This document shows positions 9,805 to 17,977 of a stretch of DNA of 64,000 bases, piece after piece. The stretch comes from an uncultured Candidatus Saccharibacteria bacterium (GTDB lineage Bacteria > Patescibacteriota > Saccharimonadia > Saccharimonadales > JAGQNK01), in assembly GCA_964636435.1 (NCBI GenBank), contig CAZWRS010000001.1:11345-75344 (forward strand), read 5' to 3'. The first letter of the stretch is position 1. Every line of letters starts with the position of its first letter. The notes beneath the pieces are model-generated. The model was not told the origin of the DNA. It saw nothing but the letters and a program-made list of their open reading frames with translations, and did not search any database. The position numbers and the translations under genes are program-made.

Positions 9805-11067
9805 ATGAAAAACAATTTCGAGCCGCTCCAGCCGGAGCCGGCCTACGTACCCGTGCACACTGAGCCCGAACCACTTCCGAGCGTGCACGAAACAACTAAC
9901 GAAGCAAGTACATCGCCTATGAATTCACTTATGAGTAATACTAGTAAGCCAGGCGCCACGCCACCCCGAAATACGAAGCAGCCGGGGAAGGGGAAGTTCA
10001 GTCCCAAAAAACTGTGGCGTAAATTTCAAAATCTGGACCGTAACAAAAAAATTATTATCATCAGCGCGCTGACGGGCCTGCTCATCGTTGCCGGTACGCT
10101 CCTGTGGTACTACGTGCTACGCGCTGAGCCAGCCCCGCCGCCGCCACCACCTGTCGTCAAGGAAGAGGAGCCGCCGAAGCCGACTACCGTTCCGTCACCA
10201 CTGACCGGCGTGCAGGTTAAGCCAGAGCTCGCAAAACTGCCAACGACCGGCGTCATGATTGAAAACAGTCCTGACGCCCGGCCGCAGTCCGGCCTGTATG
10301 ATGCTGGTGTCGTTTTTGAGGCAATTGCCGAGGGCGGCATTACGCGCTTTTTAGCGCTGTACCAGGAAGCTCAGCCAGCACAAATCGGTCCGGTACGCTC
10401 GGTACGCCCCTACTACCTCGATCTCTTGAAGCCGTTTGATGCGCCAATCGCGCACGTCGGTGGCAGCGGCCAGGCCCTGGCAGAAATCAGGCAGCAGAAC
10501 ATCAAAGACCTCGATTCGTTCCATAATCCCAATCACTATCAGCGCGTGAGCCATAGGTACGCGCCGCACAACATGTACACCAGCCGCAAGCAATTGCTAG
10601 AACTGCAAAAGAGCAAGGGCTGGAACACCAGTAAATTCACCGGCTTCTCGCGAAAAGAAGAGAAAAAAGCCGCCACGCCAACCGCTAAAAGCATTGACCT
10701 CAATATATCCAGCTTCCTGTACAACCCCCACTTTGACTACGACGCCGCAACCAACAGCTATAAGCGTGTCATGGGCGGCGGACCGCACACCGACGAAGCT
10801 GCCCGCAAGCAGATCAAGCCTAAAGTGGTCATCGCCCTCGTCATGAGTCACCACTATGCCGGTATCTATTCGGTATATGGCGTTAACGGCAGCGGCGCGG
10901 CCTTCATTTTCCAGGACGGCACGGTGACGAAAGGGACGTGGCAGAAAAAGAACCGCGACAGCCAGTTTACCTTCACTGATACCGACAAGAAAACTATCAG
11001 CCTCAACCCGGGCCAAACCTGGATTTCACTCGTCGCCAGCCCCGGGGCCGTAACGTATAAACCATAG
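9805..11067 (+). CDS. DUF3048 (YerB-like) domain protein with Pro-rich linker
   Basis: N-terminal tail, TM, PAPPPPPPVVKEEEPPKP linker, then ENSPDARPQSGLYDAGVVFEAIAEGGITRFLALY, typical of DUF3048. Confidence 0.8.
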   Translation: MKNNFEPLQPEPAYVPVHTEPEPLPSVHETTNEASTSPMNSLMSNTSKPGATPPRNTKQPGKGKFSPKKLWRKFQNLDRNKKIIIISALTGLLIVAGTLLWYYVLRAEPAPPPPPPVVKEEEPPKPTTVPSPLTGVQVKPELAKLPTTGVMIENSPDARPQSGLYDAGVVFEAIAEGGITRFLALYQEAQPAQIGPVRSVRPYYLDLLKPFDAPIAHVGGSGQALAEIRQQNIKDLDSFHNPNHYQRVSHRYAPHNMYTSRKQLLELQKSKGWNTSKFTGFSRKEEKKAATPTAKSIDLNISSFLYNPHFDYDAATNSYKRVMGGGPHTDEAARKQIKPKVVIALVMSHHYAGIYSVYGVNGSGAAFIFQDGTVTKGTWQKKNRDSQFTFTDTDKKTISLNPGQTWISLVASPGAVTYKP

Positions 11068-11084
11068 AAGGAACATGAAGTACG

Positions 11085-12614
11085 GTGGATGACTTTCAAC
11101 GACTGCAGCAGCGGGCCTACATCTACCTGGTGCTCATCAATGTCCTGACACTGAGCAGTGGCGTTGCGGTCTGGGCAATCGCCGATAGCTATGCGCTGCC
11201 GGCCACGACGGCATTTGGCGCCGCCTGTCTCGTCATGATGCTGTTATTTCTGGCAACCTCATTTCTGGCCAGCCGGCACTTACTCCAGCCGCTTAAGGTT
11301 CTCTGGCAGGCAATTCTGCACGTTTCGCCTGAGGCTGTTAACGTACCGCGGCCCAATATCGATAAGCTCCGCTTCGGCCGCGAGCTCGTCTTGTCACTCA
11401 CGAACCGCGTGTACCAATTTGCCAGCCAGGGGGAAGGCGAGGAGGTGGACCGCCGCAAAGCGCTGTTGCAAGCCGTCAATATCGTCAACTTGTTCCCACA
11501 GCCGCTGTTCGTCTTCAACAAAGACCGGGTGGTTACCAATGCCAGCGCCTCGGCACTGGAGTACCTGGGCCTGGAGAGCACGCAGCTTTTCGGCCAGAAA
11601 CTTTTTGAGCACGTGGACCTGGAATTTGCCACGCCGCACACCCTGGAGCGGTGGATTGAAGACTGCCAGGCAAACAAAGTGACGGATTATGCGTTCTGGC
11701 GGCGCGTGCGCATCAACCTGCCTGATGGCAAAACTGTCAAACAGTGCGATCTCGCCGCCCACTACAACCGGGCCAATGCCAGTGGCACGGAATTTATCAT
11801 TACCCTCGTCGATCAAACAGAGAACTACCACCAGGACGACGAATCACTCAGCTTCATCGCCATGGCCGTTCACGAGCTGCGAACGCCCCTGACCATGCTG
11901 CGCGGCTATGTCGAAGTATTTGAAGAAGAGCTCGACGGTAAGCTAGACGCGGAACTGGCGAGCTACCTCCGTAAGCTACGCCTCTCCACTGACCAGCTGA
12001 GCGCTTTCGTGTCGACAATCCTCAGCGTCGTCAAAGTTGACGAGAACCAGCTGTCGTTCAAGCTAGCTGAAGCGGACTGGCCAAAAACCCTACGCCAGAG
12101 CGCCGACCACATCAATGCGCGCGCTCAGATTCTGGGTAAAACGATCACCTTTAAAATTGACGGGGACCTACCGACAGTCGCCGTCGACCCCACGAGCATC
12201 ACCGAGGTGATCAACAACTTACTAGACAACGCCCTCAAGTACAGCGGCGACAGTACGGATATTATTGTCAGCTCCAGGCTGAACGCGGAAGGCTTCATCG
12301 AAACGACCGTACAGGACTTCGGGGTCGGTATTCCAGCCAATGTCATCCCCAACTTGTTTGAGCGTTTCTACCGTAACCACCGTACCCGCAACCAGTTCGG
12401 CGGCACTGGCCTTGGTCTGTATCTATCCAAAGCCATCGTCAACGCGCACGGTGGTACTATTGCAGTCAAATCCAAGCCGGGCGAAGGCAGCAGCTTCACC
12501 TTTACGCTCAAACCCTACGCCAGCCTTGCCGATGAGCAGAAAAACAGCGATAATGACGGCATCACCCGTCATGCCCACGGCTGGATCAAGAACCACAGTA
12601 TGTACAGAAGGTAA
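11085..12614 (+). CDS. Sensor histidine kinase (2 TM, PAS-like, HisKA, HATPase_c)
   Basis: H-box FIAMAVHELRTPLTML, N-box NNLLDNALKY, G1 VQDFGVGI, G2 GGTGLGLYLSK; GTG start. Confidence 0.9.
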   Translation: MDDFQRLQQRAYIYLVLINVLTLSSGVAVWAIADSYALPATTAFGAACLVMMLLFLATSFLASRHLLQPLKVLWQAILHVSPEAVNVPRPNIDKLRFGRELVLSLTNRVYQFASQGEGEEVDRRKALLQAVNIVNLFPQPLFVFNKDRVVTNASASALEYLGLESTQLFGQKLFEHVDLEFATPHTLERWIEDCQANKVTDYAFWRRVRINLPDGKTVKQCDLAAHYNRANASGTEFIITLVDQTENYHQDDESLSFIAMAVHELRTPLTMLRGYVEVFEEELDGKLDAELASYLRKLRLSTDQLSAFVSTILSVVKVDENQLSFKLAEADWPKTLRQSADHINARAQILGKTITFKIDGDLPTVAVDPTSITEVINNLLDNALKYSGDSTDIIVSSRLNAEGFIETTVQDFGVGIPANVIPNLFERFYRNHRTRNQFGGTGLGLYLSKAIVNAHGGTIAVKSKPGEGSSFTFTLKPYASLADEQKNSDNDGITRHAHGWIKNHSMYRR

Positions 12615-12615
12615 C

Positions 12616-13002
12616 ATGGACGAACAAACTGCAACACCCAAAAAAGTACTCTGCATAGAGGACGAGCATTTCATCAACGAGCTGTATGCCCGCGCACTCG
12701 GCAAAGCCGGCTACGAAGTAACGGTCGTCATGGACGGGGAAGAAGGCTTGGCGGAAGCGTTTACCGATGCCTACGATATCGTGCTGCTAGACATCATGGT
12801 GCCGAGCCTGATCGGTACTGAGGTACTAAAACGTATCCGGAGTGAAAAGCCTGACCTGCGCGCCAAAATAATCATCACGACCAATCTTGAGCTCAGCGAC
12901 CAGGACCGTGCCGCCATCGAAGCCCAGGCTGATGGCTACGTCGTCAAGGCGGAGCTGACACCACGCCAAATGGCGGAATTTTTACAGCAGTTCGACGCAT
13001 AA
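12616..13002 (+). CDS. Single-domain response regulator (receiver only)
   Basis: IEDE, phospho-acceptor D in VLLDIMVP, ITTN, and VVKAE Lys. The ATG lies 1 nt after the kinase stop. No output domain. Confidence 0.9.
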   Translation: MDEQTATPKKVLCIEDEHFINELYARALGKAGYEVTVVMDGEEGLAEAFTDAYDIVLLDIMVPSLIGTEVLKRIRSEKPDLRAKIIITTNLELSDQDRAAIEAQADGYVVKAELTPRQMAEFLQQFDA

Positions 13003-13124
13003 GCCCGGTGTATACTAAATACTAGTCATGGGAGTACTGAGCTTTCTCGGCCCTTTCTACTCTCCAGGCTCTAACCAACCTGGTCTTCCACTCTAGTACC
13101 GGATGACCCCAGCCAGACAACTGG

Positions 13125-13164
13125 CTTCAGATTTATATCTTTTCATCAATCCTTATATCTGAAG
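13125..13164. promoter_or_regulatory. Inverted repeat (possible operator) upstream of umuD-like gene
   Basis: CTTCAGAT (13125-13132) and ATCTGAAG (13157-13164) flank an AT-rich 24 nt containing TTATAT hexamers, 15 nt before the ATG at 13179. Confidence 0.3.
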
Positions 13165-13178
13165 AAGGTGGTTAGTTT

Positions 13179-13517
13179 ATGCATTACGAAAACTCAGCAG
13201 GCGTCAGCGTACATAGCGGCTTCCCCAATCCCGCAGCCGATGCCAGCATCCAGGAAATCGACCTCAACAAGCTGCTCATCCAAAACAGCGTCAGCACGTA
13301 TTTCATGCGCGTATCGGGCGACGACTGGCAGGCTGTCGGCATCTTTGCGCACGATATCATCATCATCGACCGTGCGCTCGTGCCGCACCCGAACGACCTT
13401 GTCGTGTGGATCATGGACGATACATTCGCCATCTCACCCCGTCACGTACTGCCGCCGGGAGCGGCAGCCTGGGGAGTTGTCACCAGCGTCATTCATCAGT
13501 ACAGGGGCAGGGCATGA
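13179..13517 (+). CDS. umuD: UmuD-like S24-fold protein lacking the Ser/Lys dyad
   Basis: GFPNPAAD...IDLNKLLIQ...STYFMRVSGDDW aligns to E. coli UmuD GFPSPAAD...IDLNQLLIQ...ATYFVKASGDSM, and the C-terminal WGVVTSVIH aligns to FGVVIHVV. Confidence 0.8.
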   Translation: MHYENSAGVSVHSGFPNPAADASIQEIDLNKLLIQNSVSTYFMRVSGDDWQAVGIFAHDIIIIDRALVPHPNDLVVWIMDDTFAISPRHVLPPGAAAWGVVTSVIHQYRGRA

Positions 13518-14809
13518 CATCGTCGCCGGTGTTCGCGCTCGTTGACTGCAACAACTTCTTCGTCAGCTGTGAGCGTGTTTTTCGCCCTGACCTTACTAAT
13601 AAGCCAGTCGTCGTCCTCAGCAGTAACGATGGCTGTGCTGTTTCCCGCTCAAACGAAGCAAAGGCGCTCGGCATCCCGATGGGCGCACCGGCTTTTAAGT
13701 ACCGCGACCTATTCGAGCGGCACCAAGTTGTAAAGTTCAGCGCTAATTTTGAACTCTACGGTAGTATGTCACGGCGTATCACGCAGCTGCTGACCAGCGT
13801 TACACCCCGCCTGGAGGTGTATTCGGTAGACGAATCATTCCTCGACTTATCGCAGCTGGATATCCGCGACTATACAGCCTGGGGCCACACCGTCCGCGAA
13901 GCTATCCTCCGGTGGACGGGTATCCCCGTATCAATCGGTATCGCGCCCAGCAAAACACTCGCCAAGCTCGCTAGTGACCGCGGCAAAAAGCTCCCGGAGC
14001 TCAGCGGCGTCCTCAGCCTCGTAAGCAATCCCGACAGAGATAGGCACCTAGAATCGATGCCGATCGAGGACGTATGGGGTATCGGCTGGCGCCTGGCCCC
14101 AAAAGTGCGCGCCGAAGGTGTTGGCACCGCACTGCGCCTCAGCCAGCTACGCCCGCAGCGGGCCCAGCAGCTCATGGGTATCCGCGGCCGGCAGCTCGTA
14201 GCTGAACTGAACGGTACATCATGCTTCCCGCTGGAGCTCGAACATCAGCAACCTAAAAGCATCCTCCGCAGCCGCACGTTCGGTGAAGACACCAGTGCCG
14301 CACATATCGTAGAAGCCGCACTGGCATCGTTCGCGACCACCGCTGCCTTTCGCCTGCGCCAGAGCGGGCAGCTCGCACACCGCGCGGGCATATTTATCGA
14401 CACCAATAAGCACAAGCCCGGCTTCCGGCGCTGGTCCCGAGAGGTCATGTACCACCACCCAACCGCTGATACTGGCCGTCTCATCAGTGATCTGCTCGAG
14501 CTTTTTAGTGCGGTGCATAAACCAGGCGTGTCATACCATCGGGCTGGCGTATGGCTGGCCGATTTTGTGCCCGCCAACCAGCTGCAGGTAGATTTATTCG
14601 GACACATCGACTCTAACGGCCATGCCCGCTCAGTAGCACGCATGCAGGCTCTGGATGCTATAAACGAACGCTATGGTAAACGAACGATTCGCTTCGCTGC
14701 CGAAGATCTGGCCAAAGCCTGGCAACCCAAACACCAGGCCCGTAGCCCCCGCTACACCACCAGCCTGGACGAACTGCCCCTCGCCCAAATCGTTCACACC
14801 GCTAAATAA
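13514..14809 (+). CDS. umuC: Y-family DNA polymerase (UmuC / Pol V-like)
   Basis: FALVDCNNFFVSCERVF, VLSSNDGC, SVDESFLD and PIEDVWGIG motifs. Its ATG at 13514 overlaps the umuD-like TGA (ATGA). Confidence 0.9.
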   Translation: MTSSPVFALVDCNNFFVSCERVFRPDLTNKPVVVLSSNDGCAVSRSNEAKALGIPMGAPAFKYRDLFERHQVVKFSANFELYGSMSRRITQLLTSVTPRLEVYSVDESFLDLSQLDIRDYTAWGHTVREAILRWTGIPVSIGIAPSKTLAKLASDRGKKLPELSGVLSLVSNPDRDRHLESMPIEDVWGIGWRLAPKVRAEGVGTALRLSQLRPQRAQQLMGIRGRQLVAELNGTSCFPLELEHQQPKSILRSRTFGEDTSAAHIVEAALASFATTAAFRLRQSGQLAHRAGIFIDTNKHKPGFRRWSREVMYHHPTADTGRLISDLLELFSAVHKPGVSYHRAGVWLADFVPANQLQVDLFGHIDSNGHARSVARMQALDAINERYGKRTIRFAAEDLAKAWQPKHQARSPRYTTSLDELPLAQIVHTAK

Positions 14810-14895
14810 TGCTAAATAATTTACAGACGTGAAGTAGTGCTAGTGATTACATAAGCACGTGAAATATAACTAAGGGGTTATTAGAAGGGGGAGAT

Positions 14896-15912
14896 ATGAC
14901 ACGAAAATCATTCTCGCGAACGGTGAAACTGACCACCGCTTCGTTTATGGCCGTGCTGTTCGGCTTCCCTGGGGTTGCATTGGCAGACCAGGCGAGCATA
15001 CGGAACACCGGGCCGGATTCATATAACAAAATCGAATTCAGCGACAAGCTGGAGTGTGAAGTTGAAAACAACAATAACGTCAACGCTATCAACTATGTAG
15101 ATCAGAATGCCCAGACCGGTGATGCAATCGTTGGCGGCTCTGGTTGGCACCGGTACGATCCGACCGCCTGGGCAGCACAAGGCCATAGCTACGACGAGTG
15201 GGAGTCAGCAGTCAATGCCTATATGGCTCAGAATAAGGGCAACTGGAAAGGAAATTGGGGCCGGCATGGTGGCGGCAACACCTACGGCGGCGATGCAACC
15301 AGTGGTGACGCTACCAATATCAGCAATAACCGCACCAACATCAGCATCGACAACAGCGGTGCCTGTGACTTTAGCGACCGCGGCCGGCATGGTGGCGGCT
15401 CGAAGTCAGACAAGAGCAAGCCAGGCGACAAAGACTCGTCTAAGCCGGGTAGCGTTCTAGGCAGCAGCTCCGCACATGGCAAGCCAGGTAAAGGCGGGGC
15501 AGGCGGACACGTACTAGGTGGTCACGGCGGCGGAGGTGGCTATGATGACTCCAGTATGTACGGCACCTCCGGGCACGGCGGTCACGGCGGGGGCAGCGTG
15601 TATTACCCGACCAAGAGTGGTGGCGCTGGTGGCGGTAAAGGAGGCGATGGTCACGGCGGCGGAGGTGGCTATGGCGGCAACGACTTCTCCATCAGCAAGA
15701 CCGGACCAGATTCGTACAACAAAATCAGCTACCACAACTCGTCAAATACCAGCGTCAAGAACACCAATAACGTCAACGTAGTCAACATCACGAAACAGAG
15801 CGCCAGCAGCGGTAACGCGACCGTATCAGGTAATACCAAAGCCGGCTCGGCAGGCAGCGGTGGAGCACATAACTCCAGCGGCAGCAGCACTGGTGCAGGC
15901 ATACATAACTAA
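14896..15912 (+). CDS. Secreted Gly/His-rich low-complexity protein with two terminal TGPDSYNKI modules
   Basis: Signal peptide (SFMAVLFGFPGVALA/DQ). The module NTGPDSYNKIEF...NNNNVNAINYVDQNAQTGDAIV recurs as KTGPDSYNKISY...NTNNVNVVNITKQSASSGNATV. GGHGGGG tracts lie between the two copies. Confidence 0.8.
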   Translation: MTRKSFSRTVKLTTASFMAVLFGFPGVALADQASIRNTGPDSYNKIEFSDKLECEVENNNNVNAINYVDQNAQTGDAIVGGSGWHRYDPTAWAAQGHSYDEWESAVNAYMAQNKGNWKGNWGRHGGGNTYGGDATSGDATNISNNRTNISIDNSGACDFSDRGRHGGGSKSDKSKPGDKDSSKPGSVLGSSSAHGKPGKGGAGGHVLGGHGGGGGYDDSSMYGTSGHGGHGGGSVYYPTKSGGAGGGKGGDGHGGGGGYGGNDFSISKTGPDSYNKISYHNSSNTSVKNTNNVNVVNITKQSASSGNATVSGNTKAGSAGSGGAHNSSGSSTGAGIHN

Positions 15913-15933
15913 CGAGGCTAAGCTAAAAATGAA

Positions 15934-15961
15934 AGAGGCCCATTTTAACGGGCCTCTTTTT
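15934..15961. terminator. Bidirectional rho-independent terminator
   Basis: AGAGGCCC-ATTTTAAC-GGGCCTCT with a T-run on the + strand and an A-run upstream, so it can serve both the Gly-rich gene and the convergent tRNA-Glu. Confidence 0.8.
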
Positions 15962-15972
15962 CCATGCTATTT

Positions 15973-16047
15973 TGGTGACCTCACGGGGAATCGAACCCCG
16001 ATTGCCAGGATGAGAACCTGGTGTCCTAACCGTTAGACGATGAGGCC
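15973..16047 (-). tRNA. tRNA-Glu (anticodon CTC), CCA encoded
   Basis: The reverse complement GGCCTCATCGTCTAACGGTTAGGACACCAGGTTCTCATCCTGGCAATCGGGGTTCGATTCCCCGTGAGGTCACCA folds as a cloverleaf with anticodon loop TTCTCAT. Confidence 0.92.
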
Positions 16048-16068
16048 ATACCATGCTAACAGAGGCCA

Positions 16069-16097
16069 ATTCTAACACTTGGCGCACGAACTTTCAA
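16069..16097 (-). promoter_or_regulatory. Promoter for tRNA-Glu
   Basis: On the minus strand, TTGAAA (16097-16092), 17 nt spacer, TAGAAT (16074-16069), about 20 nt upstream of the tRNA 5' end. Confidence 0.6.
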
Positions 16098-16098
16098 G

Positions 16099-16127
16099 TT
16101 GCACTGGAGACTGAAAACAGGGATACT
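16099..16127 (+). promoter_or_regulatory. Candidate promoter for the second histidine kinase
   Basis: TTGCAC (16099-16104), 17 nt spacer, GATACT (16122-16127), back to back with the tRNA-Glu promoter. Confidence 0.35.
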
Positions 16128-16163
16128 AGTAACGATAAGCAGCTCGGCGGGACGCAACTCTAC

Positions 16164-17936
16164 ATGCAACACGTAAACGAAAAATGGCTACGCCTATTTA
16201 ATTACTACTATATCCTCGCAATGGTAGTAATGGGCGGCCCTTACGTCTACTTTGCCATCAACCAGCAATCTTTGTCCGTCACTGGCCAAGACATGTACGG
16301 CATGAGCATCGCAACGGGATTTTTTGCAGTACTCGGCGTCTTATACAACATACTTATACTGCGATACGTCAAGCGCACCAATATCTGGCTGGCTTACCTA
16401 CTGAGCTTCGCCTTCTTCTCGCTCACCTACAACGCAGCAGCAGAGGCTTCGCTTGAGCACACCAGCTCATACATATTCCTGTTGCACAATATTATCATTG
16501 CCTTTGCGGCAGCAACGTTCGGCCCCATCATTGCGCTGCTCGTGCTTGCAATAGTAGGCGTCGTGTTTGCAATGACCGTGTCGGGCAGCACGACTCCCAC
16601 CCTCTTGGGCACGGCAGGAGATGCTGTAACTGTCGCCATACGCGTTATCGGAGTGGCAGCCCTCCTGGTCTGGCTGAAAGACAAGTACCAGACTGTCGGA
16701 CCCACCAACCGCGATAACTATATTGAGCGTTACTTCGTCAGAAACGAAGTCGTCAAGCTCCTGACCGACTCGATTGGTGACGGTATTGTCATCATCGATC
16801 AAAAGGGAAACATCAAGTCAATTAATCCCGGAGCGCTACAGCTACTCGGCAAAGAAGAGGAGGACGTGCTCGATCTGGACTACCGAAGCGTACTCAAGTT
16901 TCAAACGCTCGCGCATGAGACGATTCAGGCCGAAGATGAGCTCGTCGCCAAAGCCATGAAGGACCTGCGCCCCTATAGCGACGAGCTCCTCATGACGGTC
17001 CGCGACAACGAAGAGATATTTGTCGATATCACGGTGTCGGTCATCGCTGACAAGCAGAAAGAAGACGTGTATGGTAGCGTCATCATCCTTCGTGACGTCA
17101 GCAAGAAAAAGCAGGAAGAAACTGCCAGGAGCGAGTTTATCAGTACCGCCTCGCACGAAATGCGCACCCCCGTGGCGGCTATCGAGGGCTATCTCGGCTT
17201 AGCACTCAATGACAAGGTCAGCACCATCGACAGCCGTGCGCGTGGCTACCTGGAGAAAGCCCACGCCAGCACCGAGCATCTCGGCCGCCTGTTTCAAGAT
17301 CTGCTGCTCAGCGCTAAGGCCGAAGACGGCCGACTCATGAGTGAGCCGCGCGTAGTAGAGATGGGGCAGTTCCTTGAGCAGCTCACTGAATCGCTCCGTT
17401 TCGTCGCCGAAAAGAAAGGTCTACTCATGGATTTCGTTATTGGTGCCAGCTCTCAGGAGCAGGCCAACCCAAATAACACCCAGATGATCAGGCCGCTCTA
17501 CTACACCCATGTTGACCCGGATCGCATGCGCGAGGTCATCACGAACATCTTCGACAACGCCGTCAAATATACCGATACCGGCAAGGTCACTATCGGCCTG
17601 ACGGGTAATAATGAAGTCGTGCAATTGTTCGTCAAGGATACCGGCCCCGGCATTCCGGCTAACGACCTAAGCCACCTATTCCAAAAATTCTACCGCGTTG
17701 ACAACTCCGCCACCCGGACAATCGGCGGCACCGGGTTAGGACTATTCATCTGCCGCAAGATTGTCGAGCTCTACAAAGGCCGCATCTGGGCAGAAAGCAC
17801 TGTCGGCAGTGGCAGTACGTTCTTCATCAATCTGCCGCGGTTAACCAACCAGAAGGCCGATGAGCTCATGAAGGCCGAAGCGGCCCAGGAAGCCAATACA
17901 AGCCCTCTTGATAAAACCGTAGCCGTGGTACAATAA
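16164..17936 (+). CDS. Sensor histidine kinase (multi-TM, PAS, HisKA, HATPase_c)
   Basis: H-box FISTASHEMRTPVAAIEGYL, N-box TNIFDNAVKY, G1 VKDTGPGI, G2 GGTGLGLFICRK. The ORF is open from 16053, but that stretch overlaps the tRNA-Glu promoter, so ATG 16164 is preferred. Confidence 0.85.
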   Translation: MQHVNEKWLRLFNYYYILAMVVMGGPYVYFAINQQSLSVTGQDMYGMSIATGFFAVLGVLYNILILRYVKRTNIWLAYLLSFAFFSLTYNAAAEASLEHTSSYIFLLHNIIIAFAAATFGPIIALLVLAIVGVVFAMTVSGSTTPTLLGTAGDAVTVAIRVIGVAALLVWLKDKYQTVGPTNRDNYIERYFVRNEVVKLLTDSIGDGIVIIDQKGNIKSINPGALQLLGKEEEDVLDLDYRSVLKFQTLAHETIQAEDELVAKAMKDLRPYSDELLMTVRDNEEIFVDITVSVIADKQKEDVYGSVIILRDVSKKKQEETARSEFISTASHEMRTPVAAIEGYLGLALNDKVSTIDSRARGYLEKAHASTEHLGRLFQDLLLSAKAEDGRLMSEPRVVEMGQFLEQLTESLRFVAEKKGLLMDFVIGASSQEQANPNNTQMIRPLYYTHVDPDRMREVITNIFDNAVKYTDTGKVTIGLTGNNEVVQLFVKDTGPGIPANDLSHLFQKFYRVDNSATRTIGGTGLGLFICRKIVELYKGRIWAESTVGSGSTFFINLPRLTNQKADELMKAEAAQEANTSPLDKTVAVVQ

Positions 17937-17977
17937 TCTATAACCATAAGCATGCATAACTAACAGGGGACCCATCA

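Noticed and set aside
13030-13120. tRNA-like fragment on the minus strand (CCAGGTTGGTTAGAGCCTGG resembles a D-arm)
   Set aside because: It has no T-arm (GTTCGAATC-type), no acceptor pairing and no anticodon arm. It is probably coincidental or a very old remnant.
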